This document shows, piece by piece, positions 18,743-28,376 of a DNA stretch of 53,696 bases. A program made the position numbers and the translations under genes. Where the stretch lies: contig JABIHA010000149.1 in NCBI GenBank assembly GCA_018649885.1, positions 1-53,696 on the forward strand, written 5' to 3'. The DNA is from Bacteriovoracaceae bacterium (GTDB lineage: Bacteria; Bdellovibrionota; Bacteriovoracia; Bacteriovoracales; Bacteriovoracaceae). The notes under the pieces were generated by a model that saw nothing but the letters and a program-made list of their open reading frames with translations, was not told where the DNA came from and did no database searches. Every line of letters begins with the position of its first letter. Position 1 is the first letter of the stretch.

Positions 18743-20020
18743 ATGGCGATTCAAATCAGCGAATACCAACAGCTTTTAAGTAACGGGATTAGGCTGGGAG
18801 ATACCCTTAAAATTACTCCCTTTAGTGGGAAAAAAAAAGAGATTGAGCTGAGTAGAACCAACTATATTTTTCACTCAGATGATCTTAATTTGAAGCCCAA
18901 TTATTACGCAAAAATAGAGTTTTCGTCCTATCTTTCTAAGACTTTTAATTTTCATTTAAAGCTACTTGTAGGGAAGTCTCAATGTCAAAACACAGGTCGG
19001 TTTCAGTTAAAATCCAGTGGCGATTGCCCCTTTAAATTAAACGGCAGCATGGTCTATAGCGCCTTTATCGAAAGAGGTGATATTGTGGAAATTGAAGACA
19101 ATATTTTAGAGTTTAATATGCTAAATATGAAATCAAGTGATTCTTTTTGCGAACAATTTAATCGATATGTTTTTTCTCCACTCCCTATCGTCATCGAAGG
19201 GGAAACTGGAACAGGTAAGTCTTATCTTGCAAAGAAAATATATGAGACAACTAAGCCCAAGGGGAAATTTGTTCATCTAAATTTATCATCATTTTCTACA
19301 AGCCTCGTGGAAAGTGAGATATTTGGACACGTGAAAGGGGCATTCACAGGAGCGATTCAAGATAAAATAGGAGCTTTTAGAGAAGCTGAAGAGGGGATAT
19401 TATTCCTGGATGAAATTGATTCTATATCTCTTGAGCTTCAAGCAAAGCTTCTTCTTACACTAGAAACTTCACAGGTTCGGCCAGTTGGAGGTAGTCGCGA
19501 ATATCAAATTAACACGAGAATTATTTATGGCTCAGGAAGGAGGCTTCACCATTTGATGGGGGAGAAAAAAATGCGAGCTGATTTTTATTTCAGAATTACA
19601 GCTGGTGCCAAGATCAATCTAAAGCCATTAAGAGATGATACAGAGAAAATTAAAAGCTTTTGCCACAGAGTATGTAGCAGTTTAGACGTCTCTATTTCTC
19701 CTGAGCTCTTAGAGTTTTATACGACTTTGCCATGGCCTGGAAATTACCGGCAGTTAAAGTCTCACTTGGAATTGAAAAAATATCAAACCAATGGAAGAAA
19801 GCTTGAGTTTGATGATGAGGATGAGAGGCTTCTTGTGAGCAGTAGTGAGCTTGAGAGCCTATTTGAAGATCAGATGATGATTTCTATGGAGAGATGCAGG
19901 GTTATCTACGCTCACAAGGTGTATCTAAGATTTAAGGGGGATTTAAATAAGGCCTGTTGTGCCTTGGAAATAAGCAAAGCGACACTTAAAACTCTTTTAA
20001 GCAAAAATTCTCTAGCCTGA
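18743..20020 (+). CDS. Sigma-54-dependent enhancer-binding protein with FHA-like N-terminal region
   Basis: GETGTGKS, ESEIFGHVKGAFTGA, LFLDEI, WPGN.RQL, C-terminal HTH-like; start moved to ATG 18743 after AAGGGG. Confidence 0.85.
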   Translation: MAIQISEYQQLLSNGIRLGDTLKITPFSGKKKEIELSRTNYIFHSDDLNLKPNYYAKIEFSSYLSKTFNFHLKLLVGKSQCQNTGRFQLKSSGDCPFKLNGSMVYSAFIERGDIVEIEDNILEFNMLNMKSSDSFCEQFNRYVFSPLPIVIEGETGTGKSYLAKKIYETTKPKGKFVHLNLSSFSTSLVESEIFGHVKGAFTGAIQDKIGAFREAEEGILFLDEIDSISLELQAKLLLTLETSQVRPVGGSREYQINTRIIYGSGRRLHHLMGEKKMRADFYFRITAGAKINLKPLRDDTEKIKSFCHRVCSSLDVSISPELLEFYTTLPWPGNYRQLKSHLELKKYQTNGRKLEFDDEDERLLVSSSELESLFEDQMMISMERCRVIYAHKVYLRFKGDLNKACCALEISKATLKTLLSKNSLA

Positions 20021-20908
20021 GACCAGGTGATCAATATAGATTTTTTTGACCTTTCCTCTAACCTTCTGGTTTTTTAGAAATTCATTTATTTCATTTTCTA
20101 ATTTAGACTTGAGTATCACCTTTCCTTCTTCCTTGAGTGGAAATTGGGGAAGGATAGGTTGAATAGTAGAGATCAGGTGGTCTCGAACCAGAAATTCATT
20201 TTTACTAATATACTTTGCTGTGTAGCGATTATTGGCCTCAACAGTAAAATCAATTAATAAGAACCTCATGGAATTTGGTCCCGTTATATAAACAGGAAAT
20301 CTAATTTGCTGGATTTGTATCTGTTTAGAGGTTCTTTTGTAATATGGAGCTCTTGAGGTTTCATAGACTTCTTTGGTGGGCTTTATTGATGCGGGTTTTC
20401 TCTGTAGGACCTTGGAAGTGGGAATCATGCTAGCTTGATTATTTGTCTGTACTACAAAGTGAACACCTGTAACAGAGATCGATGCACTTACAAGAAGAAT
20501 ACCGGCTAATTTAATAGGTGAAAGGGCCAGAACCCATGTCTTCATACTAAGCATCAATGAAACAAATGAAGAAAAGGCAACCTTATGAGAGTTTTTATAA
20601 TCTATTCCAGTCACACTGGTTTTGATCTCGTCAGTTTTTGATTTTACGAACTCGATTTTTTGTTTGTAGTCAAAGTCGCTGACCTGATCGATATACCCTT
20701 GAGCTCTGCTTGATACTTTCTCTTTTATCAGGCCATACTTCTGACGACCTTTTTCTTTTCTTCCTTCAATGTAAATTTGAGAAAGACGGGCCTTGTCTTT
20801 GACTTTTTGTGGAGTCATTTTAATCATCAACTTCTTACTCAATTCTAAAGATTTTAGAATGAGTTTGTTCATGAGTGCTTCAAATTTATCCACTGCCTTC
20901 AAGATCAA
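20012..20908 (-). CDS. FliL-like membrane protein with extended N-terminus
   Basis: Single TM segment, then VRD…EEGK..LK..L..EIN…G.VKKIY, typical of the FliL C-terminal domain. Confidence 0.55.
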   Translation of the reverse strand: MILKAVDKFEALMNKLILKSLELSKKLMIKMTPQKVKDKARLSQIYIEGRKEKGRQKYGLIKEKVSSRAQGYIDQVSDFDYKQKIEFVKSKTDEIKTSVTGIDYKNSHKVAFSSFVSLMLSMKTWVLALSPIKLAGILLVSASISVTGVHFVVQTNNQASMIPTSKVLQRKPASIKPTKEVYETSRAPYYKRTSKQIQIQQIRFPVYITGPNSMRFLLIDFTVEANNRYTAKYISKNEFLVRDHLISTIQPILPQFPLKEEGKVILKSKLENEINEFLKNQKVRGKVKKIYIDHLVSG

Positions 20909-21028
20909 TCCTTATCCAGCTATTAATTCAATAACTTATCGGATGGTCTTGTGATTTAGTTGAGTATTTGTGCTGAATAAGGCCCTTATTAAAACAGCTA
21001 ATTGGGCCAATTACTCAATAAATAACAG

Positions 21029-21763
21029 CTATTTTAGAAAATTTTTTTTGAAAGTTTCTGTAAATAAACGCTCCTGAGCTGCAGCACCGCCCATTTCACT
21101 GATTGAGCAGTAGGTATCTGATGAGAGTCCGCAGGGGTTTAGGTGCCTAAGAGCATCTTTCATTTTTTGATCTATTTCTATGTTCAATGCCAGTCCATGG
21201 ATTGTGACATATCTTTTTGATCCCACTCCAAGCGAGCCCACCTTGCGCTGGTTTTTCCAAAGCCCAAGTGGTTTTTTTGATATATCTACACTTATATCAA
21301 AGCATTTCTTAATAGTTTTTGCTGTTGAATCAAGGACCCAATCAATATGTTTTGAAAGAGTGTGATCAGTCGTATTGAGTTTTGTAATAGGATAGAAAAT
21401 CCATTGCCCAGGATGGTGGAAGGTAAGGCCTCCACCACGGAAAATTTGGTAAAGAGGAAGGGATAGTAGTTTTTCCTGGTTTTGATCAAATGGTTTTAAT
21501 TCTTTTAAGTCTTCACTATTTCGACTTTTTTGAAGTCCTCTGCCATTGGTGAAACAGTGTGGGTGAGAGCAAAAAATATAGACTTTAGTCTGAGGATGAT
21601 CGTATACGAATTGCGCAGACTTTTCTTGGAGATCCAAAATTTGATCGTATGGTTTATTCCAGGCCTCAATAGCATATCGAGAGTCACCTAGCTCACTAAT
21701 CTCCACATCTTCGAGGTGGGAAAAGTGTTGTTGAAAAAAATCAGTGTAGTTTGGATTTTTCAT
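21029..21763 (-). CDS. lipB: Octanoyltransferase LipB
   Basis: HP.CFT.G, RGGGLTFHHPGQ, KVGSLG, HGLALN, PCGL. Confidence 0.9.
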   Translation of the reverse strand: MKNPNYTDFFQQHFSHLEDVEISELGDSRYAIEAWNKPYDQILDLQEKSAQFVYDHPQTKVYIFCSHPHCFTNGRGLQKSRNSEDLKELKPFDQNQEKLLSLPLYQIFRGGGLTFHHPGQWIFYPITKLNTTDHTLSKHIDWVLDSTAKTIKKCFDISVDISKKPLGLWKNQRKVGSLGVGSKRYVTIHGLALNIEIDQKMKDALRHLNPCGLSSDTYCSISEMGGAAAQERLFTETFKKNFLK

Positions 21764-22652
21764 GGCGCTTATTTTCTAAGTAGTTCATAAATTCGCTAGC
21801 TTTATATGAGCTTCTGATCATTGGTCCTGAGGCCACAAATTCAAAGCCGTAAGATTCAGCGATTTCTTTTAATTTTTGAAATTCATCAGGATGATAAAAT
21901 CTCTCTATCTTGAGATGTCTTCTTGAAGGTTGCAAGTATTGGCCCATTGTTAGAATCGACACTCCTGAAGCGCGAAGGTCTCTCATGGTCTGTTCAATTT
22001 GATCCCTAGTCTCTCCAAGTCCAAGCATCAGTGAGCTTTTAGTGGTTATGTGTGGATAGTGAGTTTTGTAGTATTTTAAAACATCTAAGCTTTTTTGGTA
22101 GCCGGCCCGTGGGTCGCGAACAGCACTGGTTAGATCTTTAACCGTTTCAATATTTTGGGCGATGACGAATGGATTACTCCTGGCCAGGATATCCATAGAG
22201 ACCGCATTGTTATCAAAATCTGGTATTAACACCTCAACCATAGTATCAGGGTGATCACTATTGATCCTTTCCACTACAGCTGCAAAGTGTGCGCTGCCAT
22301 GATCTCTCAAATCGTCGCGGTCAACACTTGTGATGACGATGTATTTTAGGCCCATTGTAGCGACCATTTGTGAGCTATTTTCTATTTCACCCTGGTCAAT
22401 AAAACCCTTTGGGTTGCCGGTTTTTACATTGCAGAACTTGCAGGCGCGAGTGCAAGTATCTCCCAGGATCATTATAGTTGCAGTTTTCTGACTCCAACAT
22501 TCACCAATATTAGGACACTTGGCCTCTTGGCATACTGTATGAAGGCCCTTTGTCTTCAGGCTTTTCTCTATTTGGTGGTATTCAGAACCTGTAGGCACCT
22601 TTGCTCTAAGCCATTTCGGTTTTCTGAGTGTGATGGGATATTCAACTGCCAT
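21741..22652 (-). CDS. lipA: Lipoyl synthase
   Basis: CQEAKCPNIGEC, CTRACKFC, RSSY. Confidence 0.97.
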   Translation of the reverse strand: MAVEYPITLRKPKWLRAKVPTGSEYHQIEKSLKTKGLHTVCQEAKCPNIGECWSQKTATIMILGDTCTRACKFCNVKTGNPKGFIDQGEIENSSQMVATMGLKYIVITSVDRDDLRDHGSAHFAAVVERINSDHPDTMVEVLIPDFDNNAVSMDILARSNPFVIAQNIETVKDLTSAVRDPRAGYQKSLDVLKYYKTHYPHITTKSSLMLGLGETRDQIEQTMRDLRASGVSILTMGQYLQPSRRHLKIERFYHPDEFQKLKEIAESYGFEFVASGPMIRSSYKASEFMNYLENKRHEKSKLH

Positions 22653-22851
22653 ACTTGGTCTTCCTTTAATTCACCTCTACTTATCACCTTTTTGGCGTGG
22701 GTTCCAGCTGTGGGAATCCCGAGGAGTTGGAAGTTTTTTCCGTATTGCAAATTATAGTTGCCACTATTTCAACAAAAGTGCCAGGGGTCCGAATTGGTCT
22801 TTGTAAGTGCTATGGGGCTTGTGTAGGCGTTAGACCATAGGAGATTGTACT

Positions 22852-23493
22852 ATGCGAAAAATTCAGATAATTGCCTTTGGCCTGTTTTTATCCAGTTGTG
22901 GGTTTATAGAACAAAGAACCTTTGTGGATGAAATGGAAGCAGGCAATGACTGGATGGTTCCCACTCAAGATTTTAATGTAGTGAGGGGCGATAGTGGTCG
23001 AGCATTTAGAAATACAAAGGAAGTTCTAGCAAGAACTCCCATGTTAGATGACGAAAAGAGGGCTTACAAGAGAGAGAGATTTCTCGAAGAAGAGCTCAGA
23101 AAGCTTGAAGATGATCTTCCCGATGAGGAGTATCAGCACTACTTGCGTTATAAAGGTGAGTTATCTGGTGTATCTGAAAAGATATACTTTCTCAAAGTAA
23201 GAAGTATTGCTTCTAGAGAAGAATATGCTCAGACACGTGGTCTTGGGCATTATCAAAATAATTTTAGGAACACGGCGAGCGAAGCTGCTTTTGCTGTGAG
23301 GACTAGAGATTTGCTGCTCGGAATGGCAAAAGATCAAGTCCTAAGCTCCTGGGGTCGACCCTCCCGAGTAGATGTTGCAGGGAACCCAAGGTTGCAAAAT
23401 GAAAGATGGTCCTACTACCGAAAGGGCAAATTTAAATTTGTCTATTTCGAGAGTGGAAGAGTCCAAGGATGGGATGATGGAGGAAGGCTTTAG
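22852..23493 (+). CDS. Lipoprotein with C-terminal SmpA/OmlA (BamE)-like domain
   Basis: Lipobox LSSC; GM.KDQV..SWG.P…ERW.Y…VYFE.GRV. Confidence 0.7.
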   Translation: MRKIQIIAFGLFLSSCGFIEQRTFVDEMEAGNDWMVPTQDFNVVRGDSGRAFRNTKEVLARTPMLDDEKRAYKRERFLEEELRKLEDDLPDEEYQHYLRYKGELSGVSEKIYFLKVRSIASREEYAQTRGLGHYQNNFRNTASEAAFAVRTRDLLLGMAKDQVLSSWGRPSRVDVAGNPRLQNERWSYYRKGKFKFVYFESGRVQGWDDGGRL

Positions 23494-23721
23494 GGATGAA
23501 GCCTCCCTTCTCACCCTATCCTGGATCTTCAAATTTTCACTCTGATATAAAGTAAATTCCTTAAAATTCCCATGCCTAGAAAGGCTCTGACTTGGCGAAG
23601 CACAAAGGTGCGTTGTGTCCTTGCAGTAAATCCTATTACATTGTTAGCAGATAATGAGTATTTGCGGTTGAAGTGTGAGCCTGCTCCCGCTATTCTGGTC
23701 TCAAATTAAACAGATCAGGTA

Positions 23722-24729
23722 ATGGGAATGGGCGAGCAACTACTAGAATTTGAAAAACCAGTTTTTGAACTTGAAAATCAAATTAAAGAGCTAAAAGAGG
23801 CTCAGACTGGACAGTCGGTTGATATTTCTGAGGAAATAAAGGCCTTACAAAAAAAAGTTGGAAAGTTAGTCCAAGAGATTTACGGAAAACTTACTCCTTG
23901 GGAAAGGGTGCTACTATCAAGGCATCCAAAAAGACCTCATACAGTCGATTATATAAAAAATATTTGTCCTGACTTTCGAGAGCTTCATGGGGATAGATAT
24001 TTTGCCAATGATCAAACTATGATGACTGGGATTGGCCACATTGATGGTCAAAGAGTTGCCATTGTAGGAATTGAGAAGGGACGAAAAACTCAGGAAAAAA
24101 TAAAGAGAAACTTTGGGATGCCAAATCCTGAAGGATATAGAAAGGCCTTGCGAGTTTTTGAACTTGCCTCACGATTTAATTTACCAGTTCTTACAATTAT
24201 CGATACTCCTGGAGCTTATCCTGGAATTGGCGCTGAGGAGAGAGGTCAATCTCAGGCCATAGCTGAAAATTTGGCCCAAGTTTTTTCACTCAAATGTCCA
24301 ATACTTGCCATCGTTATTGGTGAAGGCGGCTCCGGTGGAGCTCTCGGTATAGGCGTGGCCGATAAAGTTTGTATGATGGAGTATTCTGTTTACTCCGTAA
24401 TTTCTCCAGAATCTTGTGCTTCAATACTGTGGTCTGATCCAGGTAAGGCCGAGCAAGCTGCCAACGCACTTAACCTTGGCCCTAAAAAAGCTAAAGAGCT
24501 TGGGATTATTGATGAGATCATCCCAGAACCTCCTGGCGGGGCCCACCGAAATGTTGAGCTTGCTTTTAAATCTGTAAAAGACCAAATCGTAAAAGACTTA
24601 AAGGTATTGACCAAAATAAAACCCGCAAAGCTGCAAGAGATGCGCTTTAATAAATATAGGTCTATGGGCAATTCAACGATTCTAAATGGCGATGATTCTG
24701 ATATGCCAATATTCACAACAAATTCTTAG
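23722..24729 (+). CDS. accA: Acetyl-CoA carboxylase carboxyltransferase alpha subunit
   Basis: LEFEKP, RNFGMP.PEGYRKA, DTPGAYPG, GEGGSGGA. Confidence 0.97.
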   Translation: MGMGEQLLEFEKPVFELENQIKELKEAQTGQSVDISEEIKALQKKVGKLVQEIYGKLTPWERVLLSRHPKRPHTVDYIKNICPDFRELHGDRYFANDQTMMTGIGHIDGQRVAIVGIEKGRKTQEKIKRNFGMPNPEGYRKALRVFELASRFNLPVLTIIDTPGAYPGIGAEERGQSQAIAENLAQVFSLKCPILAIVIGEGGSGGALGIGVADKVCMMEYSVYSVISPESCASILWSDPGKAEQAANALNLGPKKAKELGIIDEIIPEPPGGAHRNVELAFKSVKDQIVKDLKVLTKIKPAKLQEMRFNKYRSMGNSTILNGDDSDMPIFTTNS

Positions 24730-24738
24730 GAGAATTCT

Positions 24739-25608
24739 GTGTATTCAATGACAGGCTTTGGAAAAGGCGAATGTGTAAACGACAAGTACAAACTTGTAGT
24801 TGAAATGAAATCTGTTAATCACAGGTTTAAAGATATGCGCTTTCGAATGGGTTCTGTTTTTTCATCAAAAGAGTTAGGACTTAGAAAGGAACTTGAGAAA
24901 AAATTTAGTAGAGGAAGTTTTGATATAGCCATTTTTTACAAGGTGATTCAAAAAGAAGCCCTCTTTGATGATCTCGATATGAATAAAATTGATCTATTCC
25001 TCGGAAAAATGAAAACCCTCGCTGACAGTAAAAATGTTCCTCTTACCATGAGGGCTTGTGAATTTTTAAGATCTGATTTTGTTGCAGATCAAGAGACAGA
25101 AAAAGAGAAGGAATTATCATCTCTTTTAGGGGATGCATTTGAATCAGCATTAAATGCTCTTGCCGCTTCAAGGAAAGAAGAGGGAGACAATCTGATCCAG
25201 GTCTTGAGTGCCCACCATAAGGAATATCAAAAACACTTTAAAGTCGTAGTCGATGGAGCAAGTGAGTATAAAAAAATTGTCGAAGAGAGATTAACTAAAA
25301 GACTCAATGAGAAAAAAGGCGAGTTAGAAATTGATGAGCCCCGGTATCTTCAAGAAGTGATCTACTATCTTGAAAAACTCGACGTAAATGAAGAAATAGA
25401 TAGAATTAAAATACATCTTAGAAAATTAGAAGATCTTCTGACACAAGAAAATGAAAAAGGACGCCAGATTGATTTTATCCTTCAAGAGCTAGGTAGAGAG
25501 ACCAACACCATTGGGTCTAAGTCTGGACAAGGTGTGATTTCAGAAACTGTTATTCAAATGAAAGTTCAATTAGAGAAGATGAGAGAGCAAGCTTTAAATA
25601 TAGAGTAG
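24739..25608 (+). CDS. yicC: YicC/YloC family endoribonuclease
   Basis: SMTGFG, SVNHR, QEL.RETNTIGSKS, MREQALNIE. Confidence 0.93.
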   Translation: MYSMTGFGKGECVNDKYKLVVEMKSVNHRFKDMRFRMGSVFSSKELGLRKELEKKFSRGSFDIAIFYKVIQKEALFDDLDMNKIDLFLGKMKTLADSKNVPLTMRACEFLRSDFVADQETEKEKELSSLLGDAFESALNALAASRKEEGDNLIQVLSAHHKEYQKHFKVVVDGASEYKKIVEERLTKRLNEKKGELEIDEPRYLQEVIYYLEKLDVNEEIDRIKIHLRKLEDLLTQENEKGRQIDFILQELGRETNTIGSKSGQGVISETVIQMKVQLEKMREQALNIE

Positions 25609-25614
25609 GTATAA

Positions 25615-26187
25615 GTGGAAAGTAAGAAAGGAAAAATAATCGTCATTGTGGCACCATCGGGGGCCGGCAAGTCGACCCTTATCGAAAGACTAAAGAAGGA
25701 TTTTCCAGGTTTAAGTGAGTCAATTTCTTGCACAACTAGACCTGTCAGGAATGGAGAGACTAATGGTGTCGAATATAATTTTATTACCAAAGAAGAATTT
25801 GAAAAAAGAATAGATGAAAATGATTTTATTGAGTGGGCCCTAGTTCACGGTAACTATTATGGAACCTCAAAATCATTTGTTGAGTCAGGACTAAGTACTG
25901 GGGTCAGCCTTTTATTTGATTTAGATGTACAAGGTTGTGATTCCTTCAAAAATCACTATGGAAGTGAAGCAGTAGTGATTTTTATTGAGCCACCTTCAAT
26001 TGAAGAACTTGAGAAGAGACTTCTTTCACGGGGAACAGAGTCCACTGCTACAATCAAACTTCGCATTGAAAATGCCAAAAATGAGCTGGGAAGAAAATCA
26101 GATTTTGATTACGCTGTTTTAAATGATGATCTGGAAAAAGCTTATTGTGAATTAAAAGAAATTGTTCAATCGATAACGGAGCGCTAA
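25615..26187 (+). CDS. gmk: Guanylate kinase
   Basis: APSGAGKST, SCTTRP.R.GE, YYGT, DVQG. Confidence 0.96.
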   Translation: MESKKGKIIVIVAPSGAGKSTLIERLKKDFPGLSESISCTTRPVRNGETNGVEYNFITKEEFEKRIDENDFIEWALVHGNYYGTSKSFVESGLSTGVSLLFDLDVQGCDSFKNHYGSEAVVIFIEPPSIEELEKRLLSRGTESTATIKLRIENAKNELGRKSDFDYAVLNDDLEKAYCELKEIVQSITER

Positions 26188-28374
26188 GTGTTTTCTCAAC
26201 ACCTCGATTTCTCACATGAAAGAGATTTAAATATCGATGAACTCGTCAGAAGAGTTAAGGCATATATGCCAGACGCTGATGAAGCCCTTTTGAAAAAGGG
26301 TTATATTTTCGCAGAGAGATCACATCTTGGTCAAAAAAGAAGCTCAGGCGAGCCCTATATTGTTCACCCAGTAAATGTGGCCGCAACTCTGATAAAGCTA
26401 AGGCTTGACCTCGATAGTATTATTTCAGGCCTTCTTCACGACGTGGTTGAAGATTGTGAAGTTGAGCCAGAAGAGATCGAAAAAGAATTTGGTACTGATA
26501 TTGCCCAAATTGTTGTGGGATTAACAAAAATCTCAAAAATTAAATTTAAGACCAGAGAAGAAAATCAGGCGGAAAATTTTAGAAAAATGGTTGTGGCCAT
26601 GGCCAAAGACCTACGTGTGATTATGGTGAAGCTTGCTGATCGTATGCATAATATGAGAACGCTTCAATATGTATCTGAAGAAAAGCAAAAAAAGATTGCC
26701 CAAGAAACTCTCGATATTTATGTACCCCTCGCCTCAAGGCTGGGGATTAACTCTGTTAAAGGTGAGCTTGAAGACCTGTGTCTCAGGTTTTTACATCCAG
26801 ACGTTTATTACCGCCTAGCTGAAAAAGTATCCATGAAAAAATCTGAAAGAGAAAGTTATATCAGAGATACTGTGTCAATTATGTATGAGAAGTTGCAAGA
26901 GTATGGTGTTAAGGGCGAAGTAATGGGAAGGCCCAAGCATTTTTTCTCCATCTATAAGAAAATGATTTCTAGGGGAGTTGACTTTGAACAGCTCCACGAT
27001 GTTTTGGCCTTTAGAATTATGGTTGGCAATATTACCGAGTGCTATAAATCTCTTGGTATCATTCACTCTTCGTTTATACCTATTCCCGGTAGGTTTAAAG
27101 ACTATATTGCCATTCCCAAGGTAAATAACTACCAAAGTCTCCACACCACTGTCATTGGCCCCAAGGCCGAGAGAATAGAGATTCAAATTAGAACCTCAGA
27201 AATGGATGAAGTTGCAGAAACTGGAGTTGCTGCTCACTGGAAATATAAAGAAGTTAAAAGTGAGAAAAAACTCGATTGGGTTGAAGAGCTCCTAGAATTT
27301 AATCGAAACGTAACAAGCAATACAGAATTTTTAGATGCTGTGAAAAATGATCTGGATATTGGTGGAGTTTTTATTTTCACACCCACGGGAGATGTGAAAG
27401 AGCTCAAGTACGGGGCGACCCCTCTTGATTTCGCTTTTTCTATTCACACAGAGGTGGGAGTCAAGTGCATTGGCGCTAAAGTTAATGGAAAAATGGTTCC
27501 ATTAAAGTACCGACTAAAATCAGGTGACACAGTTGAGGTACTTACCTCAAAAACCCAAACTCCTTCAAAAGATTGGCTTAAAATTGTTAAAACATCTCGC
27601 GCCAAAACCAAAATCAAGCAGTGGCTTTTAAAAGTCGAAAGAGAGAAGAACCAAGAAGTTGGAGAGGATATATTTGAAAAGGCCCTTAGAATTTACGGAT
27701 ATTCAATTGGTAGATTAAAAAAGGGCACCGATTTAGATAAAGCACTTCGAGATTTTAATGTCAGCAATATTGATGAGCTCTATATCCATATTGGCTCAGG
27801 GAAATTTGCGGTAAAAGATGTTATCTCAAAAATACCATCTCTCAGTAAAAATCTTGAAGAGTCTGACGATAAAAAAATCGAAGAACTAGATACCTATTAT
27901 AATAAACTCCATTCCCGGGTAAAAAAATCTGCCAATAAAGATAATGCCGTCTTGGTTGAAGGAGCAGGTGATGTATTAGTCAGAATGGGAAGGTGTTGTA
28001 ATCCTATTCCAGGAGATCCTATCCTGGGCTTCATTACCAGAGGGCGAGGAATTACGATTCACAAGGCAGATTGCAATCGAGTTCAAGAAAGTGAGATGAA
28101 TAGACAGCTTGAAGTTGAATGGAACGATGCCTTCACCTTTAAGCATCCAGTTAACATAAGAGTCATCACTCATGACCGTCCTGGAATTTTGTCTCATATT
28201 TCCAAGAAAATTGGGAATGCGGGAATCAATATTAGATCGGCCATTGCCAAATCTCTTCCCGATCAAAAGGGAAGTTTTATTTTCGAAGTAGAGGTTAAGG
28301 ATTTTTCTGAATTATTAAAAACTATTGCAGCTATTGAAAGCATGGAATACGTCATCGGCGTAACGAGGGTTTAA
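26188..28374 (+). CDS. spoT: Bifunctional (p)ppGpp synthetase/hydrolase (HD, SYNTH, TGS, ACT)
   Basis: LLHDVVED, DRMHNMRTL, RFKDYIA.PK.N.YQSLHT, AAHWKYK, CCNPIPGD. Confidence 0.96.
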   Translation: MFSQHLDFSHERDLNIDELVRRVKAYMPDADEALLKKGYIFAERSHLGQKRSSGEPYIVHPVNVAATLIKLRLDLDSIISGLLHDVVEDCEVEPEEIEKEFGTDIAQIVVGLTKISKIKFKTREENQAENFRKMVVAMAKDLRVIMVKLADRMHNMRTLQYVSEEKQKKIAQETLDIYVPLASRLGINSVKGELEDLCLRFLHPDVYYRLAEKVSMKKSERESYIRDTVSIMYEKLQEYGVKGEVMGRPKHFFSIYKKMISRGVDFEQLHDVLAFRIMVGNITECYKSLGIIHSSFIPIPGRFKDYIAIPKVNNYQSLHTTVIGPKAERIEIQIRTSEMDEVAETGVAAHWKYKEVKSEKKLDWVEELLEFNRNVTSNTEFLDAVKNDLDIGGVFIFTPTGDVKELKYGATPLDFAFSIHTEVGVKCIGAKVNGKMVPLKYRLKSGDTVEVLTSKTQTPSKDWLKIVKTSRAKTKIKQWLLKVEREKNQEVGEDIFEKALRIYGYSIGRLKKGTDLDKALRDFNVSNIDELYIHIGSGKFAVKDVISKIPSLSKNLEESDDKKIEELDTYYNKLHSRVKKSANKDNAVLVEGAGDVLVRMGRCCNPIPGDPILGFITRGRGITIHKADCNRVQESEMNRQLEVEWNDAFTFKHPVNIRVITHDRPGILSHISKKIGNAGINIRSAIAKSLPDQKGSFIFEVEVKDFSELLKTIAAIESMEYVIGVTRV

Positions 28375-28376
28375 TT

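Noticed and set aside
22768..22783. Sigma-54 promoter upstream of lipA (TGGCAC-N5-TTGAA)
   Set aside because: The -12 element lacks the conserved GC; too weak to call
23494..23721. Possible ncRNA in the intergenic region before accA
   Set aside because: Only short hairpins and no recognisable family motif
25615..26190. Absence of rpoZ between gmk and spoT
   Set aside because: Real (the genes abut directly), but this gene order varies among lineages and rpoZ may lie elsewhere
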